NCBI GenBank assembly: GCA_965204375.1
Contig: OZ241986.1
Span: 5,248,001-5,312,000 of the forward strand
Direction: 5' to 3'
DNA length: 64,000 bases
Origin: Candidatus Latescibacterota bacterium
GTDB taxonomy: Bacteria; Latescibacterota; UBA2968
Shown here one piece after another: positions 28,877 through 41,311 of the stretch; the stretch's first letter is position 1; each line of letters opens with the position of its first letter. Below the pieces are notes generated by a model. The model was given only the letters and a program-made list of their open reading frames with translations. It did not search any database and was not told the origin of the DNA. A program made the translations under genes and the position numbers.

Positions 28877-29638
28877 ATGGGCGGTATTTTAAAATTTTTG
28901 TGCGTGCTCATTGGGATGGGATTGATAGCTAATTGTGGCGATGATTATCCCGTTCAGCCAGAATCAGAGGATGAGTTGGTTGAAGAGATGGTCGAAATTC
29001 CAGCGGGCGAATTTGTGATGGGTACCAATGAATACGGGCGGGATGAAGGTCCCGAGCATGTGGTGTTTTTAGATGCGTTCTGGATTGATCGCTTTGAGGT
29101 GGTGAACGCGGATTACAGGTTGTTTGTTGCGACTACAGGACGCGATCCTTCGGCGTGTGCCGATTCCGTGGGGTTTAATGCCGCGCGGCAACCGGTGGTT
29201 GGTGTGACCTGGTTTGATGCACAGGATTTTTGCGCGTGGGCAGGCAAGCGGTTGTGTTCCGAGGCGGAGTGGGAAAAGGCCGCGGGTGGCGATGGACGTA
29301 TTTATCCCTGGGGCAATGAGGAGCCCGATCCGGCGCGGTTGAATTTTAATGGGTATGTGGGCAAGCCCTCGGCTGTGGGTAGTTTTCCCAATGGTATGAG
29401 TCCTTTTGAGGTGGCGGATTTGTCGGGTAATGTGTGGGAGTGGGTGTCGGATTGGTATCGCGTGGATTATTATCGCAATAGTCCGCGAGAGAATCCTCCG
29501 GGTCCAGAGAGTGGGAGCTTGCGCGTGATGCGCGGTGGCGGTTGGGTAAACGGCGCGCCAGCCGTGCGAGTGCAAGAGCGCGGACGACTGAGTCCTATAT
29601 GGCAGGGGAAGGCAATCGGGTTCCGCTGTTGTCGGTGA
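28877..29638 (+). CDS. FGE-sulfatase (SUMF1) domain lipoprotein
   Basis: Lipobox IANC, RLCSEAEWEKAA, GNVWEW, GFRC. Confidence 0.88.
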   Translation: MGGILKFLCVLIGMGLIANCGDDYPVQPESEDELVEEMVEIPAGEFVMGTNEYGRDEGPEHVVFLDAFWIDRFEVVNADYRLFVATTGRDPSACADSVGFNAARQPVVGVTWFDAQDFCAWAGKRLCSEAEWEKAAGGDGRIYPWGNEEPDPARLNFNGYVGKPSAVGSFPNGMSPFEVADLSGNVWEWVSDWYRVDYYRNSPRENPPGPESGSLRVMRGGGWVNGAPAVRVQERGRLSPIWQGKAIGFRCCR

Positions 29639-29689
29639 TGTGATAAGGGTGCTTTGTTTCTTTCGTCGAAGGAGATGAGTTTTCCACCT

Positions 29690-29718
29690 ATTGCCAGGAG
29701 TTGTGGTATTATGTATAA
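29690..29718 (+). promoter_or_regulatory. sigma70-like promoter
   Basis: TTGCCA-17-TATAAT upstream of 29744. Confidence 0.6.
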
Positions 29719-29743
29719 TTCGGTTACGGATAGGAGTTTTATC

Positions 29744-29977
29744 ATGAATATGAGCATCCGATTGCCCGACTCACTACATAAGCGGATCAAGCAGATGGCG
29801 GCGGCGGAGGGGATTTCTATGAATCAATTTATTACTCTGGCAGTGGCGGAGAAGATGTCGGCTTTGGCGACGGTCGAGTATTTGAAAGAGCGCGCTAAGC
29901 GAGGTAGCCGCCAGAAGTTTGAAGCTGTTTTGGCAAATGTGCCAGATGTAGAGCCAGAAGAATATGATAAATTATAG
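29744..29977 (+). CDS. HicB-like ribbon-helix-helix antitoxin (no adjacent toxin)
   Basis: SIRLPDSLHK...EGISMNQFITLAVAEK. Confidence 0.8.
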   Translation: MNMSIRLPDSLHKRIKQMAAAEGISMNQFITLAVAEKMSALATVEYLKERAKRGSRQKFEAVLANVPDVEPEEYDKL

Positions 29978-30007
29978 CCGGTATCACAATGAGGCTGTGG
30001 ATATAAA

Positions 30008-30214
30008 ATGAAAAAAGAATACGACTTCTCAAAATCCGTCAAGAATCCCTATGCAAAACATCTTACGAAGCAGGTTACGCTTCGTTTGGGAACGGATGTG
30101 ATTGCGTATTTTAAGGATTTGGCAGACGAAGCAGGTGTTCCATACCAGAGTTTGATCAATCTGTATCTCAGGGACTGCGTCCAGACCAAGAAAAAGCTCA
30201 AGTGGGCATCATGA
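30008..30214 (+). CDS. BrnA/CopG-like antitoxin (no adjacent toxin)
   Basis: MKKEYDFS...KNPYAK...VPYQSLINLYL. Confidence 0.82.
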   Translation: MKKEYDFSKSVKNPYAKHLTKQVTLRLGTDVIAYFKDLADEAGVPYQSLINLYLRDCVQTKKKLKWAS

Positions 30215-30240
30215 TCTGAAAAACAGTCTCATTTTAATAC

Positions 30241-30275
30241 AAAAGGGCGTGCGATTCGATTCCGCACGCCCTTTT
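30241..30275. terminator. bidirectional terminator; diverged copy at 40676-40710
   Basis: aaaagggcgtgcg...cgcacgccctttt. Confidence 0.8.
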
Positions 30276-30295
30276 CTGTGCCATGTGTTTATGAG

Positions 30296-30520
30296 CTATA
30301 CCTGCTGTGCTGATTCCAATATTTCACCAACAGCATCGGGTAGGTCAACGCGATGAAAGCGGTCATCGCCAAAAGCATAATTTTCACCACTTTCATCAAT
30401 GATGCGAATATAGCCATGAGTGGCTGCTTCTTCATCGGGAATAATGCGATAAACCTTACCCACTTCAAGAGACGCCTCGTATCCCTCGTTATTGATGCAG
30501 ATGGCAAATGGTTGTGTCAT
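30296..30520 (-). CDS. small acidic hypothetical protein (possibly antitoxin-like)
   Basis: FAICINNEGYEASLE..KVY...IRIIDESGENY; family assignment recalled, not verified. Confidence 0.6.
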   Translation of the reverse strand: MTQPFAICINNEGYEASLEVGKVYRIIPDEEAATHGYIRIIDESGENYAFGDDRFHRVDLPDAVGEILESAQQV

Positions 30521-30620
30521 GTTCTCTTTATGCAGGTCGTTCCCGCACTATCTCATATTCATGGAAAATATCATAAGCAATCGCACTCTAACTTTGGCAG
30601 AAGGGAGATGCCAAAAAAGC

Positions 30621-32368
<1,748 letters not shown>

Positions 32369-32550
32369 TGTTACAATTTAATTCGTTGTGTCACAATAGT
32401 TTCGAGCTACATATGTGCGAAGGAAGAGGTTCATGACTCTCAATCTCTATCATCAGAAAAGAGAAGGCCTTCAATTTTTCTAATTTTCAATAAGTTAGAC
32501 AAAGTGCGGACCTCCCTGTATTTGTCTGACCGCTTGTGGTTCGCGCTGAG
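32369..32550 (-). promoter_or_regulatory. CRISPR leader
   Basis: AT-rich segment between cas2 and the first repeat. Confidence 0.7.
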
Positions 32551-32556
32551 CTTACC

Positions 32557-32847
32557 TTACACGATCAGTGTTCCGCTCAGATCGGTAGCCGGTTTGGCAC
32601 CGACATGTTCGACACGCCGTTTCCAATTGGAACCGAGAAAATAATACCTGAGACTATCGGTCTCTGGATCAATAATTGTCTCAAGGCGTGCTTTCAAGGC
32701 GGTCCATTGTGCTGGATCTACTTCGATTTCGAACACCGAAAACTGCACTCTTTGTCCAAAGTCGCGACACGCCTTGGCAATGTGCCGCAAACGTTTCGGA
32801 CCATCGGTATTGGTGGTTGAGACATCATAAGTAACGAGAACCATCAT
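32557..32847 (-). CDS. cas2: Cas2
   Basis: [23 protein letters not shown]. Confidence 0.97.
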   Translation of the reverse strand: MMVLVTYDVSTTNTDGPKRLRHIAKACRDFGQRVQFSVFEIEVDPAQWTALKARLETIIDPETDSLRYYFLGSNWKRRVEHVGAKPATDLSGTLIV

Positions 32848-32859
32848 AGTTGAATATCC

Positions 32860-33894
32860 TCATTTCCAAAGCCACGGTGGGTGGGCGTCCAAGTCGCCAC
32901 GAAGGTGCCGGGCTAATAGTTGCGCTTGAAGGTAGGGAACCAATCCGAGGGGTGCCTGTTCTTCAAGAAAAGGATGGCGGCGCATTACGCGCTTTCGTTC
33001 CTGCCACGCACTGAGGACCGTCTTGCGGGCGTCGTCGCTCATTACAACGCTACCGCCTTCTCGGGTTTGAAAGTCTTTAGCGCGAACTTGCTGGCGATTG
33101 ACCAGCGACAGCGCGAGTCGGTCGGCCAGGACTGGTCTCAATTCTTCCATAAGGTCCAGTGCAAGACTCGGGCGACCGGGCCGATCTCTGTGGAAAAATC
33201 CTACGGCTGGGTCCAGACCCACGCTTTCTGCGGCTGAGCTACAATCGTGGACGAGGAGGGTGTAGAGAAACGAGAGCAGGGCATTTATCGGATCGCGCGG
33301 TGGACGGCGATTGCGACCATCGAATGTCATCTCTGGATCGGGTGCGCGGATCAGGTAGCTAAAGACCGAAAAATAGAGACGTGCAGCCTCACCTTCAAAA
33401 CCGCGTAGCCTATCAATACTGTCGTGACCGTTGCTAATACGTCGCACGATTTGCGTGAGACGATTCGACGCGTCAGACAAAGCCTCGCGGTCAGAAGGCT
33501 CAAGATCGTTGCGATAGTCCCGTAGTGCTCTTTGCAGGACGCTTCTCTGATTGGCGATTTTGCCGACGAGGATGCTACGGACGATTTCGTTTGGTGTCTC
33601 ACTCACTTGATACTGTGTGCGGCGTAGCAGCACATTGCCCGAGACTGGCCCCTCGACCCGAGCTTGAAATCGGCCAAATCGACTTAAGAGTACCAGGCTG
33701 ATGCCTCCGGAAGCACAGGCTTGAATCAGAGGTGGAGATATATAGATGCTGCCGAACACGACCACGGACCCCAGCATGTGGAACGGTACTCTGGCGCGTT
33801 CCTTATCCTCAACTTCTGCGACCAGGTTCTCTCCATTTTTGATCAGGCGTGCCCCGGGCGTGGTGACATAGAGCGTATTGAGCAACCGTCTCAT
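32860..33894 (-). CDS. cas1: Cas1 (type I-C)
   Basis: MRRLLNTLYVTT, LRGFEGEAA, RRPPRDPINALLS, SLALDLMEE. Confidence 0.97.
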   Translation of the reverse strand: MRRLLNTLYVTTPGARLIKNGENLVAEVEDKERARVPFHMLGSVVVFGSIYISPPLIQACASGGISLVLLSRFGRFQARVEGPVSGNVLLRRTQYQVSETPNEIVRSILVGKIANQRSVLQRALRDYRNDLEPSDREALSDASNRLTQIVRRISNGHDSIDRLRGFEGEAARLYFSVFSYLIRAPDPEMTFDGRNRRPPRDPINALLSFLYTLLVHDCSSAAESVGLDPAVGFFHRDRPGRPSLALDLMEELRPVLADRLALSLVNRQQVRAKDFQTREGGSVVMSDDARKTVLSAWQERKRVMRRHPFLEEQAPLGLVPYLQAQLLARHLRGDLDAHPPWLWK

Positions 33895-34592
33895 TGATAC
33901 TCTCCCTGTTCGGTGAGGTGCGATTCCAGAGCGCGTGTTCGCCAGGCGAGCACTGAACGCATTGCCGCTTTTGGGCGACATTGGTCAAGCAATGAGCAGG
34001 CGCGGCATTTGGCTGCTTCGTATTCGGCTGGAGGTGTGTGTCTTTTCGCAAAGAGCATAGCTACTTGATTGACTGTTGCCTCGGTTAAGGCGCGAAGTTC
34101 GGTATCGAATGTCACTTCTTTCCGCCGTTTGGTTCGTCTATAGAATAATGCGCCTATTGGCACCTCTGTACCTGTCATTTCTTCAAGGCACAGAGCTTGG
34201 GCACAAAGTTGCACTTCGTCTGCGCGATGGGCTTTGGCTTTGCCGCGTTTGAACTCGACCGGAAACGGTGTTGTACCTGTATGGTCTTTGCGAAACTCTA
34301 CCAGATCAGCGACTCCTGTGAGATTGAGTCGGATGTTGTAGATTGGGAGTGCTCTCACCTGGCGTACCCCAGCCTTGCGCTGCCAACCTGGTTGGTCACT
34401 GACCTCGTGCAGTACCCTGCCTTCAGCAGTAAATTGGTTTTCCTCCCAAAGTCGTTCCAGATGAATCAGAGCGCATTGCCTCAGGCAGTAAACCGCATGT
34501 TGTAGTGCAGATACTGGGATAGGTTCTGTTTCATGGTTCGATTCATATTCCGAGGCGGGGGGTGATCTCCCGAATGTTTCCTCATTTACCAT
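33891..34592 (-). CDS. cas4: Cas4
   Basis: YCLRQC, ADLVE, PVEFKRG, QLCAQ, CRACSL...C. Confidence 0.96.
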   Translation of the reverse strand: MVNEETFGRSPPASEYESNHETEPIPVSALQHAVYCLRQCALIHLERLWEENQFTAEGRVLHEVSDQPGWQRKAGVRQVRALPIYNIRLNLTGVADLVEFRKDHTGTTPFPVEFKRGKAKAHRADEVQLCAQALCLEEMTGTEVPIGALFYRRTKRRKEVTFDTELRALTEATVNQVAMLFAKRHTPPAEYEAAKCRACSLLDQCRPKAAMRSVLAWRTRALESHLTEQGEYQ

Positions 34593-34631
34593 TGTCTTGC
34601 TCCGTTTGTTATATGTTTCAGTTCACGACTC

Positions 34632-35597
34632 TTAAAGCAGATCAATAGCTTCGACATTTGCCGGCATGTCATCCAGGTCGAGAGTTACGCTATAGTCTGA
34701 GTATTGGCGGGCCGGTGGCAGCATTCCGCCATTGTTATCGGTTTCCGCACGCTCCACACGCACCCGTTCAAAAAGTTTATGCGCGGGCGCGTTGCCGAGT
34801 GCGCTTTCATGTCGGAAGACAATGAGGCGTTGGGCGACCATTTCACCGCGGGCTGCCGAGCGATCATGTTCGAACATTTGTGTTAAGGCGGTCCATAGAA
34901 AGTCGAGGTCGTCTGGTGAAAAGCCAGTGCGTTCAGCGAGCTTGGCAGAAATAAATCCGTGTGCCCGATATAGCCCGTAGGGGACAATATGCTTGCGGCC
35001 CATGGTACGGTGCTCAATGCGCTCGTCGCCTTCAGTTTCATCACTGCCCTGCTCGCGCTCCTGCTTTTCCTTTTCGGTGGTTGCTGCCATGCGGGTAATG
35101 GACATTTCGAGTGGGACAATAGGATCAATGGACCGCGCAAAAGTCATTTGTACCGGACCGCGCACTTGACCGCAGTTGATACCGGTGCTCATGACTGCGC
35201 CAAAGGTGCGCACATCAAAGAAGTTGTCGCACATGAAGCCGCGCAGGGCATCCATCTCCTCATCTGCTGTTATTTTTTTCGTTTTGTTTTCTTTTGGAGA
35301 CAGTCTGGTGGCTCTCTCGACTGTCTTGTCATCGGGACGCACAGCCCGATATGCTTTTCGGTGCTGCTCGTTGAGCAAGGCGCCTTCCTGCACATAGATG
35401 GCATAGCCGGACTCGTCGCTTTTGGCGAGTTCGACGAAGTTGCGTACTTTGCGCTTGAGGCAGACGTCAGAGACCAATCCCTGGTTCGTTTCCGGGTCGA
35501 GGCGCGGTAGATTGCCTGCATCCGGGTCGCCATTGGGGTTGCCATTGGTCACGTCGAATAGATAGACGAAGTCGTAGCGATGGTTGAGTGTAGTCAT
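34632..35597 (-). CDS. cas7: Cas7c/Csd2
   Basis: [30 protein letters not shown]. Confidence 0.97.
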   Translation of the reverse strand: MTTLNHRYDFVYLFDVTNGNPNGDPDAGNLPRLDPETNQGLVSDVCLKRKVRNFVELAKSDESGYAIYVQEGALLNEQHRKAYRAVRPDDKTVERATRLSPKENKTKKITADEEMDALRGFMCDNFFDVRTFGAVMSTGINCGQVRGPVQMTFARSIDPIVPLEMSITRMAATTEKEKQEREQGSDETEGDERIEHRTMGRKHIVPYGLYRAHGFISAKLAERTGFSPDDLDFLWTALTQMFEHDRSAARGEMVAQRLIVFRHESALGNAPAHKLFERVRVERAETDNNGGMLPPARQYSDYSVTLDLDDMPANVEAIDLL

Positions 35598-35995
35598 TCT
35601 TCATTCTCCTTTTGATCTTTTTTCTCGTTTCTGGGTGTGTAAAAAGCGTTTTTTTGATGGTAGTAGCCGATAGCAAAGAGGGCCTGATGATCCATGTCGA
35701 GCGTCGGTACAAATAGTGCATCTGCCGCCGCACACTCGTAAATCTGGGCGATGGCATTGTCGATATAGCGATGCGTTCCAGTTCGGTCTTTTCGCAGACG
35801 CGATAGATGGTGCATGGCATTGCGTTGTAGAATGGGAAATACAGACCGGGGCGTCGCTGAAGCCGCCCCATAGTACTTATCACATATCGTGGCGTTGATT
35901 TTTCCACCAAGTGCCTGCGTTTGTGCATATTCAAAACAGGCAAATAGGCGACCGAGCAAATAGCCGGGGTCGGCGTTTGTGGGATCGAGTGACAC
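35594..35995 (-). CDS. cas11: Cas11c small subunit, internal in-frame start in cas8c
   Basis: AAGGAGG (36004-36010) lies 8 nt before an in-frame GTG at 35995, giving (M)SLDPTN. Confidence 0.8.
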   Translation of the reverse strand: MSLDPTNADPGYLLGRLFACFEYAQTQALGGKINATICDKYYGAASATPRSVFPILQRNAMHHLSRLRKDRTGTHRYIDNAIAQIYECAAADALFVPTLDMDHQALFAIGYYHQKNAFYTPRNEKKDQKENEE

Positions 35996-37402
35996 GAGGA
36001 AATCCTCCTTTTGTGAATGTCCAGTCATGCGCCGTTTGCGGCAGATCACAGCTTTGAGTAAGGCGATACGCAGGCCGGTTATGGCCTTGTCTGACCGCAA
36101 GCGCATAAGAATCGTGGATAATAATGTCTGCGGGTAGGCTTGACCCGTTAGTATGGCGCGTAACATATCCCCAGCGAGTTGGGGAGGGATATTTTCATAT
36201 CGGTTTTTTACTTTCGTTGTGGCGGTCTCAAGCAGACAGCGCCGAACGCTTGGTTGCTCCTGGTATGGCGGAGGGTCAAGGCGCATATCCCGATAGTGAT
36301 AGAGGATGTGCTCTGCAAGCGTCGCAAAGTCATCCTCCATCCAGAAGCGTATCGAAATACGCGTTTTATTGGGAGCCAATCCCAGCACGTAGAAGCGCAC
36401 ACCCTGAGGTAAATTCGGGCGGATTTCCTCCATGGGACGACCACTTGCCATTTTTTCGAGAATGGGCTTGATGGCCTGTTCGCTTATTTCGTCGTCTATT
36501 TCATTGATGGCAAAAGCAAATATGGCCTCACTTTGCGCTACTGCTTCGGCATTTGAGCCTTCTGCCCAGAATACCGTCGAAGCATCGCTGAGTTGGACTC
36601 TGTTTTCGTTGGTGCGGAGAAAGTGATTGAGCGCAGATGCATAAGCAGCGGCGGCATCCTCGCTTACCGGTGCATTATTGCCCTGTTTGTGCCCATAAGA
36701 AGTGAAGGCATCGAGATTGAATGAAGTGATGGATGCGCCGGAAGACTGGGCACCGCGTACCCCCTTGATTGAGGGATGTAGTCGGGCGATAGAAGATTTT
36801 TCTCCGGTCACCAGACAAACGGTCTGATCCGAGTTCTGGGACTGATTCATCTGAGATACCCAGAGTTGACGTGCGGCCTCGCGGTCGTGAATAAAGTTGC
36901 GATCCCCTTCTAACCGGAATACCACATTGGCTCCCTTCATTTCGCTTGGCCAGCCGCGTACGTCGAAATACTCTGGCTTCCACCATTGCAAGAAGCGATG
37001 ACAAGCCATAAGCCCTGAGTCGCTTTCGTGTTGCAGCGCAACGAGGTGTCGATTCTGAAAAGCTTTGTACTGTTCTGTTACCCGCTCGGTACGACGCTCT
37101 CTCTTATCTGGTGCCTCGTTTTTCATGTCTTCCAATGCCCCAAGTGAATACGATGCCTTATCCCAGAGGAAGTTAGGCACAATTTTGACCGTTCGCTTCT
37201 CTGGTCGTGGAACTGAATGTCGCGGAGCTACCAGTTTTCTTCCGGAAGGGTTTCGCAGGTCCACAGGTTGGCCCACGGGCTGACCATTGACGTTCAGGAC
37301 GATGCAATAGTCAATTTTCTCATCGGAATAGCCAATCGGCGGTACTTTGTCCTCTTTTGCGAGCCGGTGGTAGGCTCGTTCAAGGGAAGATAGAATACTC
37401 AT
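35594..37402 (-). CDS. cas8c: Cas8c/Csd1
   Basis: PNFLWDK, CLVTGE...[28 protein letters not shown]. Confidence 0.96.
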   Translation of the reverse strand: MSILSSLERAYHRLAKEDKVPPIGYSDEKIDYCIVLNVNGQPVGQPVDLRNPSGRKLVAPRHSVPRPEKRTVKIVPNFLWDKASYSLGALEDMKNEAPDKRERRTERVTEQYKAFQNRHLVALQHESDSGLMACHRFLQWWKPEYFDVRGWPSEMKGANVVFRLEGDRNFIHDREAARQLWVSQMNQSQNSDQTVCLVTGEKSSIARLHPSIKGVRGAQSSGASITSFNLDAFTSYGHKQGNNAPVSEDAAAAYASALNHFLRTNENRVQLSDASTVFWAEGSNAEAVAQSEAIFAFAINEIDDEISEQAIKPILEKMASGRPMEEIRPNLPQGVRFYVLGLAPNKTRISIRFWMEDDFATLAEHILYHYRDMRLDPPPYQEQPSVRRCLLETATTKVKNRYENIPPQLAGDMLRAILTGQAYPQTLLSTILMRLRSDKAITGLRIALLKAVICRKRRMTGHSQKEDFLVSLDPTNADPGYLLGRLFACFEYAQTQALGGKINATICDKYYGAASATPRSVFPILQRNAMHHLSRLRKDRTGTHRYIDNAIAQIYECAAADALFVPTLDMDHQALFAIGYYHQKNAFYTPRNEKKDQKENEE

Positions 37403-38061
37403 CGCAGTACCTCCGACGAGTTGGGTGAGGGGATTTCGACAACGCCCTGTTTCATTTGGGCGCGAAAAAATAATGGTTGTCGTTCGTTTTCATGGTCTAT
37501 GTCGTAGAGCATGTAGCCCAGGTCGCGGGTTTCGTCAATTGCTGGCGGTATATCTTCTTCGTGCTCGATCAGCGTGTAGTATGCGGCAAATTCTCGCGTT
37601 CCGAGGCAGGGTTGGTGAAAGCACTGTCCGCGTCTGGCTCGGCGATTGAAGATGTCGAGGTGTTTGCCAGCATTGTCGTCTTTACTTGCTCGATCTGTCA
37701 GGTCAAAGTGCGCTTCGATGGCGTACTCGACATCAAATAGGACAGTGGCTGCGCGTTGCTGGCGATCATCCTCAATTTTGGTGTAGAGGGATTCAATAGA
37801 GCCATTGTTTCGCGCCGTGCGAACAGAACCCATGGGAATTTTCTTGCCGACCTCGTTGCGCCGGATTGACTGGAATCGAATCGGCTTGAGGACATGGATG
37901 CGGTCAATGCGCCAGACGATGGCTGGCTTCCAGTGGATAGCCTCTAAGATGCCGCGTGCTGCTGAAGGTGTCATTACGTCGTAGGATACGCGCTCGACCT
38001 TCATTTCAGGTCGCGTGAAACAGGCGTATTCACCTTCCACGCGTAGGCGTACTCCAAACAT
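37399..38061 (-). CDS. cas5: Cas5c
   Basis: ACFTRPEMKVERVSYDVMTPSAARG, PCLGTREF. Confidence 0.97.
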   Translation of the reverse strand: MFGVRLRVEGEYACFTRPEMKVERVSYDVMTPSAARGILEAIHWKPAIVWRIDRIHVLKPIRFQSIRRNEVGKKIPMGSVRTARNNGSIESLYTKIEDDRQQRAATVLFDVEYAIEAHFDLTDRASKDDNAGKHLDIFNRRARRGQCFHQPCLGTREFAAYYTLIEHEEDIPPAIDETRDLGYMLYDIDHENERQPLFFRAQMKQGVVEIPSPNSSEVLR

Positions 38062-38113
38062 GGATAAACTCCTTTGCTGTGGTATTATGGTATTTCAATA
38101 CTCTCCCTATCAA

Positions 38114-40321
38114 TTATATCAGCATTACTTCATCGCTAAGGGCATCTGCGTCTTCCCACAGAAGGCCGACATCTTTTCGATAGAGGCTTCCTGTGAAGAG
38201 AACAGCGAACTGATCGCCAAAGCGTTCCTGCGCCTCGAAATATACGTGACTATTTTTGACGAGTTGCGTCCGGTAATGAGGATGAACTTGCACAATAAAA
38301 GGCTGGAGTCGCCGCGCTATGTCACCGGGCCGTTCCGCATAAGCGAGTGCTCGCACTGCCTCGTGTGCTTCCTCTTCTCGGGCAATGATCACTGGCTCCT
38401 GTCCACTCTGGATTAAGCGAAATGTCTCGCCAACCTCGCGAAAGGAGAATGATGTTCCGTTCTGATCAGCTTTGAATTTTCGCAGAATATCATCACCGAG
38501 ACCGTCGCCTTTGCGCCAATATACCTCTTGAAAGTAATCCTCCATAGCTTCTGGCGAGAGCAAGTCATTATGACGGCCCATGATGCGTTGCATATCTCCA
38601 GCGAGTTGGCGCAACTCATGTGGACTTTGATATTCCTCTGACTGGAACACGGTGACAATGCTATCTGATTTTTCACCATTCCCTTCTCTGTTACATCGCC
38701 CGGCGGCCTGGGCAATCGAATCCAGTCCTGCCTCTGCCCGCCAAACTCTCGGAAAGTCCAGATCAACGCCTGCCTCAACCAGCGAAGTGGCAATCACTCG
38801 GCAGGGTTTGCCGGCAGAGAGACGTTGGCGCACATTTGCAAGAATACGACGACGGTGTGCCGCGTATTGGCGTGTGGTCAGGTGTATGATGCCCTCGAGT
38901 TCGTCTTCTTTGGCTTGTTGAAAGAGGGCCAGTGCGTGTTTCCGGCTGTTGACGATGACCAGCCCTTGTTTTGTCTGCGAGAGGGCATTGAGCAGGTCTT
39001 CATCGCTCAGTACACCTTCGTGGGAGATGGTGACGCGGGCGAGTTGCCGGTGCAGGCGCGGTGGGCTGGGGGCGAGTTCGTGGACCTGATTAAAGCCACC
39101 TTTGAAATCTGGTGCCTTAAGTGCGGGTTGTGTTGCGGTACAGAGTACGATTGAGGAACCATAGTTACGGGCGAGTTCGTCAATCGCGGCTACCGAAGGT
39201 CGTAGCACATGCAGAGGGATGGTTTGCGCTTCATCGAGGACAATTACCGAACGAGCCAAGTTGTGCAATTTGCGGCAGCGCGATGGGCGATGGGAAAACA
39301 GGCTTTCAAGGAGTTGGACATTTGTGGTTACGACGATGGGTGCCGCCCAGTCCTCCATAGCGAGACGGAGTTTTTCACCTCCCTCCCGCTGTATGAATTT
39401 GGTTTCGTCAATTGCCGAATGGTGTTCGAGAATTACGCCGTTGCCAAGGACCTTGCGGAAGATTGCTGCGGTCTGGTCGATTACAGAAGTAAAAGGAATA
39501 GCATAGACGATGCGCTCAAGCCCGTGTACTTTGGCATGATCAAGCGCGAAGGCGAGAGAAGTCAGGGTTTTGCCGCCGCCAGTTGGTACGTTGAGCGAGA
39601 ACAGGCCTGGAGGGCAATCGGCTTGACCTCGAACATGCGCCAGAATCTCATGGCGCAAATGGTTGACCTTTCCTTTGCTATCAAATCCCGCGAGATGATT
39701 ATTGAGACTATCGCGTAGTTGGTCAGCCTGTTCAGAAAGCGTCAGCCAGTCGCGTTCAACGGTCTTGCCTTCTGCAGTAGCGTAAAAGTTTTCGGTGTCG
39801 CGGAAGTCTGAGTCAACGAGGCAAGAGAAGATCATTCGTGTCAGGAAGGAAAGCTGAAACGCTACTCTTTCTTGATCTAATATGAAACCTTCGGGCCAAA
39901 GACCGGTAACATCTGGCTGAATTTCTGCCATCCAGGTCGAGTCAAGTGGGTCGAGAGTCTTTTTAAGCCGTTCCTCAAGAGAACCGGTTTCACGGTGCAT
40001 ATCCGGCAAACCTCCATGATGTCCTGCAATGGCGTAGGCGACGAGTTGCGCCATTGCCTGATCCATAGCAGTGTTTGCCAGATTGTTGACCATTTTTGCG
40101 CCAGCGGTCGCGTGATCAACTGCTGGACCGCCACGCAGACGCTTTTGGTACGGTTTTGTGTATTTGCCAATGTCGTGAAAAAGCCCGGCTTGACCAGCTG
40201 CTTTACCCGCGCCAAACTTATAACCTCGATCTGCAGCTTCTTTTTGAACTGCAAGAAGATGATCCTTTAATAGCTGCCAGTATTCCTCAGATTGGTCCTC
40301 CAAAGAATGTGCATAATACAT
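38114..40321 (-). CDS. cas3: Cas3 HD nuclease-helicase
   Basis: YYAHS, HDIGK, GHHGGL, PTGGGKT, DEAQ, QAAGRCNR. Confidence 0.97.
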   Translation of the reverse strand: MYYAHSLEDQSEEYWQLLKDHLLAVQKEAADRGYKFGAGKAAGQAGLFHDIGKYTKPYQKRLRGGPAVDHATAGAKMVNNLANTAMDQAMAQLVAYAIAGHHGGLPDMHRETGSLEERLKKTLDPLDSTWMAEIQPDVTGLWPEGFILDQERVAFQLSFLTRMIFSCLVDSDFRDTENFYATAEGKTVERDWLTLSEQADQLRDSLNNHLAGFDSKGKVNHLRHEILAHVRGQADCPPGLFSLNVPTGGGKTLTSLAFALDHAKVHGLERIVYAIPFTSVIDQTAAIFRKVLGNGVILEHHSAIDETKFIQREGGEKLRLAMEDWAAPIVVTTNVQLLESLFSHRPSRCRKLHNLARSVIVLDEAQTIPLHVLRPSVAAIDELARNYGSSIVLCTATQPALKAPDFKGGFNQVHELAPSPPRLHRQLARVTISHEGVLSDEDLLNALSQTKQGLVIVNSRKHALALFQQAKEDELEGIIHLTTRQYAAHRRRILANVRQRLSAGKPCRVIATSLVEAGVDLDFPRVWRAEAGLDSIAQAAGRCNREGNGEKSDSIVTVFQSEEYQSPHELRQLAGDMQRIMGRHNDLLSPEAMEDYFQEVYWRKGDGLGDDILRKFKADQNGTSFSFREVGETFRLIQSGQEPVIIAREEEAHEAVRALAYAERPGDIARRLQPFIVQVHPHYRTQLVKNSHVYFEAQERFGDQFAVLFTGSLYRKDVGLLWEDADALSDEVMLI

Positions 40322-41165
40322 ATTGGAATTTCCTCAATATTCAGGAGATTCTGAATCTCCTTGATCGTTTTCTATACAGCATCCAGTCAAAGCCATCATG
40401 TACATAAATCCATCTATAACAAACGTTTGCTGTCGTAGTTACACCACTCACCTGTTTTTCTTCAGATGCTTCGCGTCTTCATAATATACTCAGATTTTGA
40501 AAGAGTAGCCTTGCCTTTTTTAAATCTCGTCTTATTTTGGTTACGTCGTTGGTTCTGTAAACTCCCGATGCACGATATGTCTGAATGGTGATAGATAGAT
40601 TGGTATTGGAGATTTTTTGATCTTTGTCCAGGATTTTGGGCAGTAAAGAGTGTCTCAATATAAAAATATAAATGTAAAAGGACTTGCGATTCGACCTTGC
40701 AAGCCCTTTTCTGTCTTATGGTGTTTTGGAGCTCTTTATGACCAGCACACTATTTTCATTTTGAATCTCATTTAACGGAGACTGCGAGATACCGGAAAGA
40801 GTTTCGTTGTAACCACAATAAGGCTTGTTCTCCCCAGTGTGAGTAATCTTGCCAGTGCAAGGAATATGAACCATTTAGGCGAATCGGTATTTCCCTTCCT
40901 TCCGTTGTTTCAAGGCTAGCCTGTTCCGCCCACGCTAACTCGCCCTTTATTATCTGGCCTTTATGGATGCGAAATTTGGCATCGTTAGTAGTTTTCCATT
41001 TTAGAGGTGTGCATAAATCAAAAGAATAAGCCATCAGCATCTTTATCGACTCAAGCTATCTCGCACAGCGCGTGAGTCCGTCTCGCAGAGGAAATTTTTA
41101 TGGCATCCCTACTCTGAAGGCCATTGTATGGCGTACTATTATTTGGAGTGATTTGCGCTGTGCAA

Positions 41166-41237
41166 GCCCCCCGCAGGGGTGCCCTTTTTTTGCTTCATTT
41201 TTTTGGGCGTGCAAAAAAATGAAGTCGCCGAAGGCAT
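41166..41237. repeat. REP/MITE-like palindromic element
   Basis: 13-bp perfect stem cttcatttttttg/caaaaaaatgaag preceded by cccccgcagggg. Confidence 0.55.
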
Positions 41238-41311
41238 GAAAAGAAAAATATTAAAAAAACTTTATAGGTCGTTTCACCACAACAAATGAATTATCCACAC
41301 CCCTCTTTTAC

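Noticed and set aside
40440-40620. WYL/HTH regulator remnant upstream of cas3
   Set aside because: Only a short IRRDL-like peptide in one frame, with no sustained similarity.
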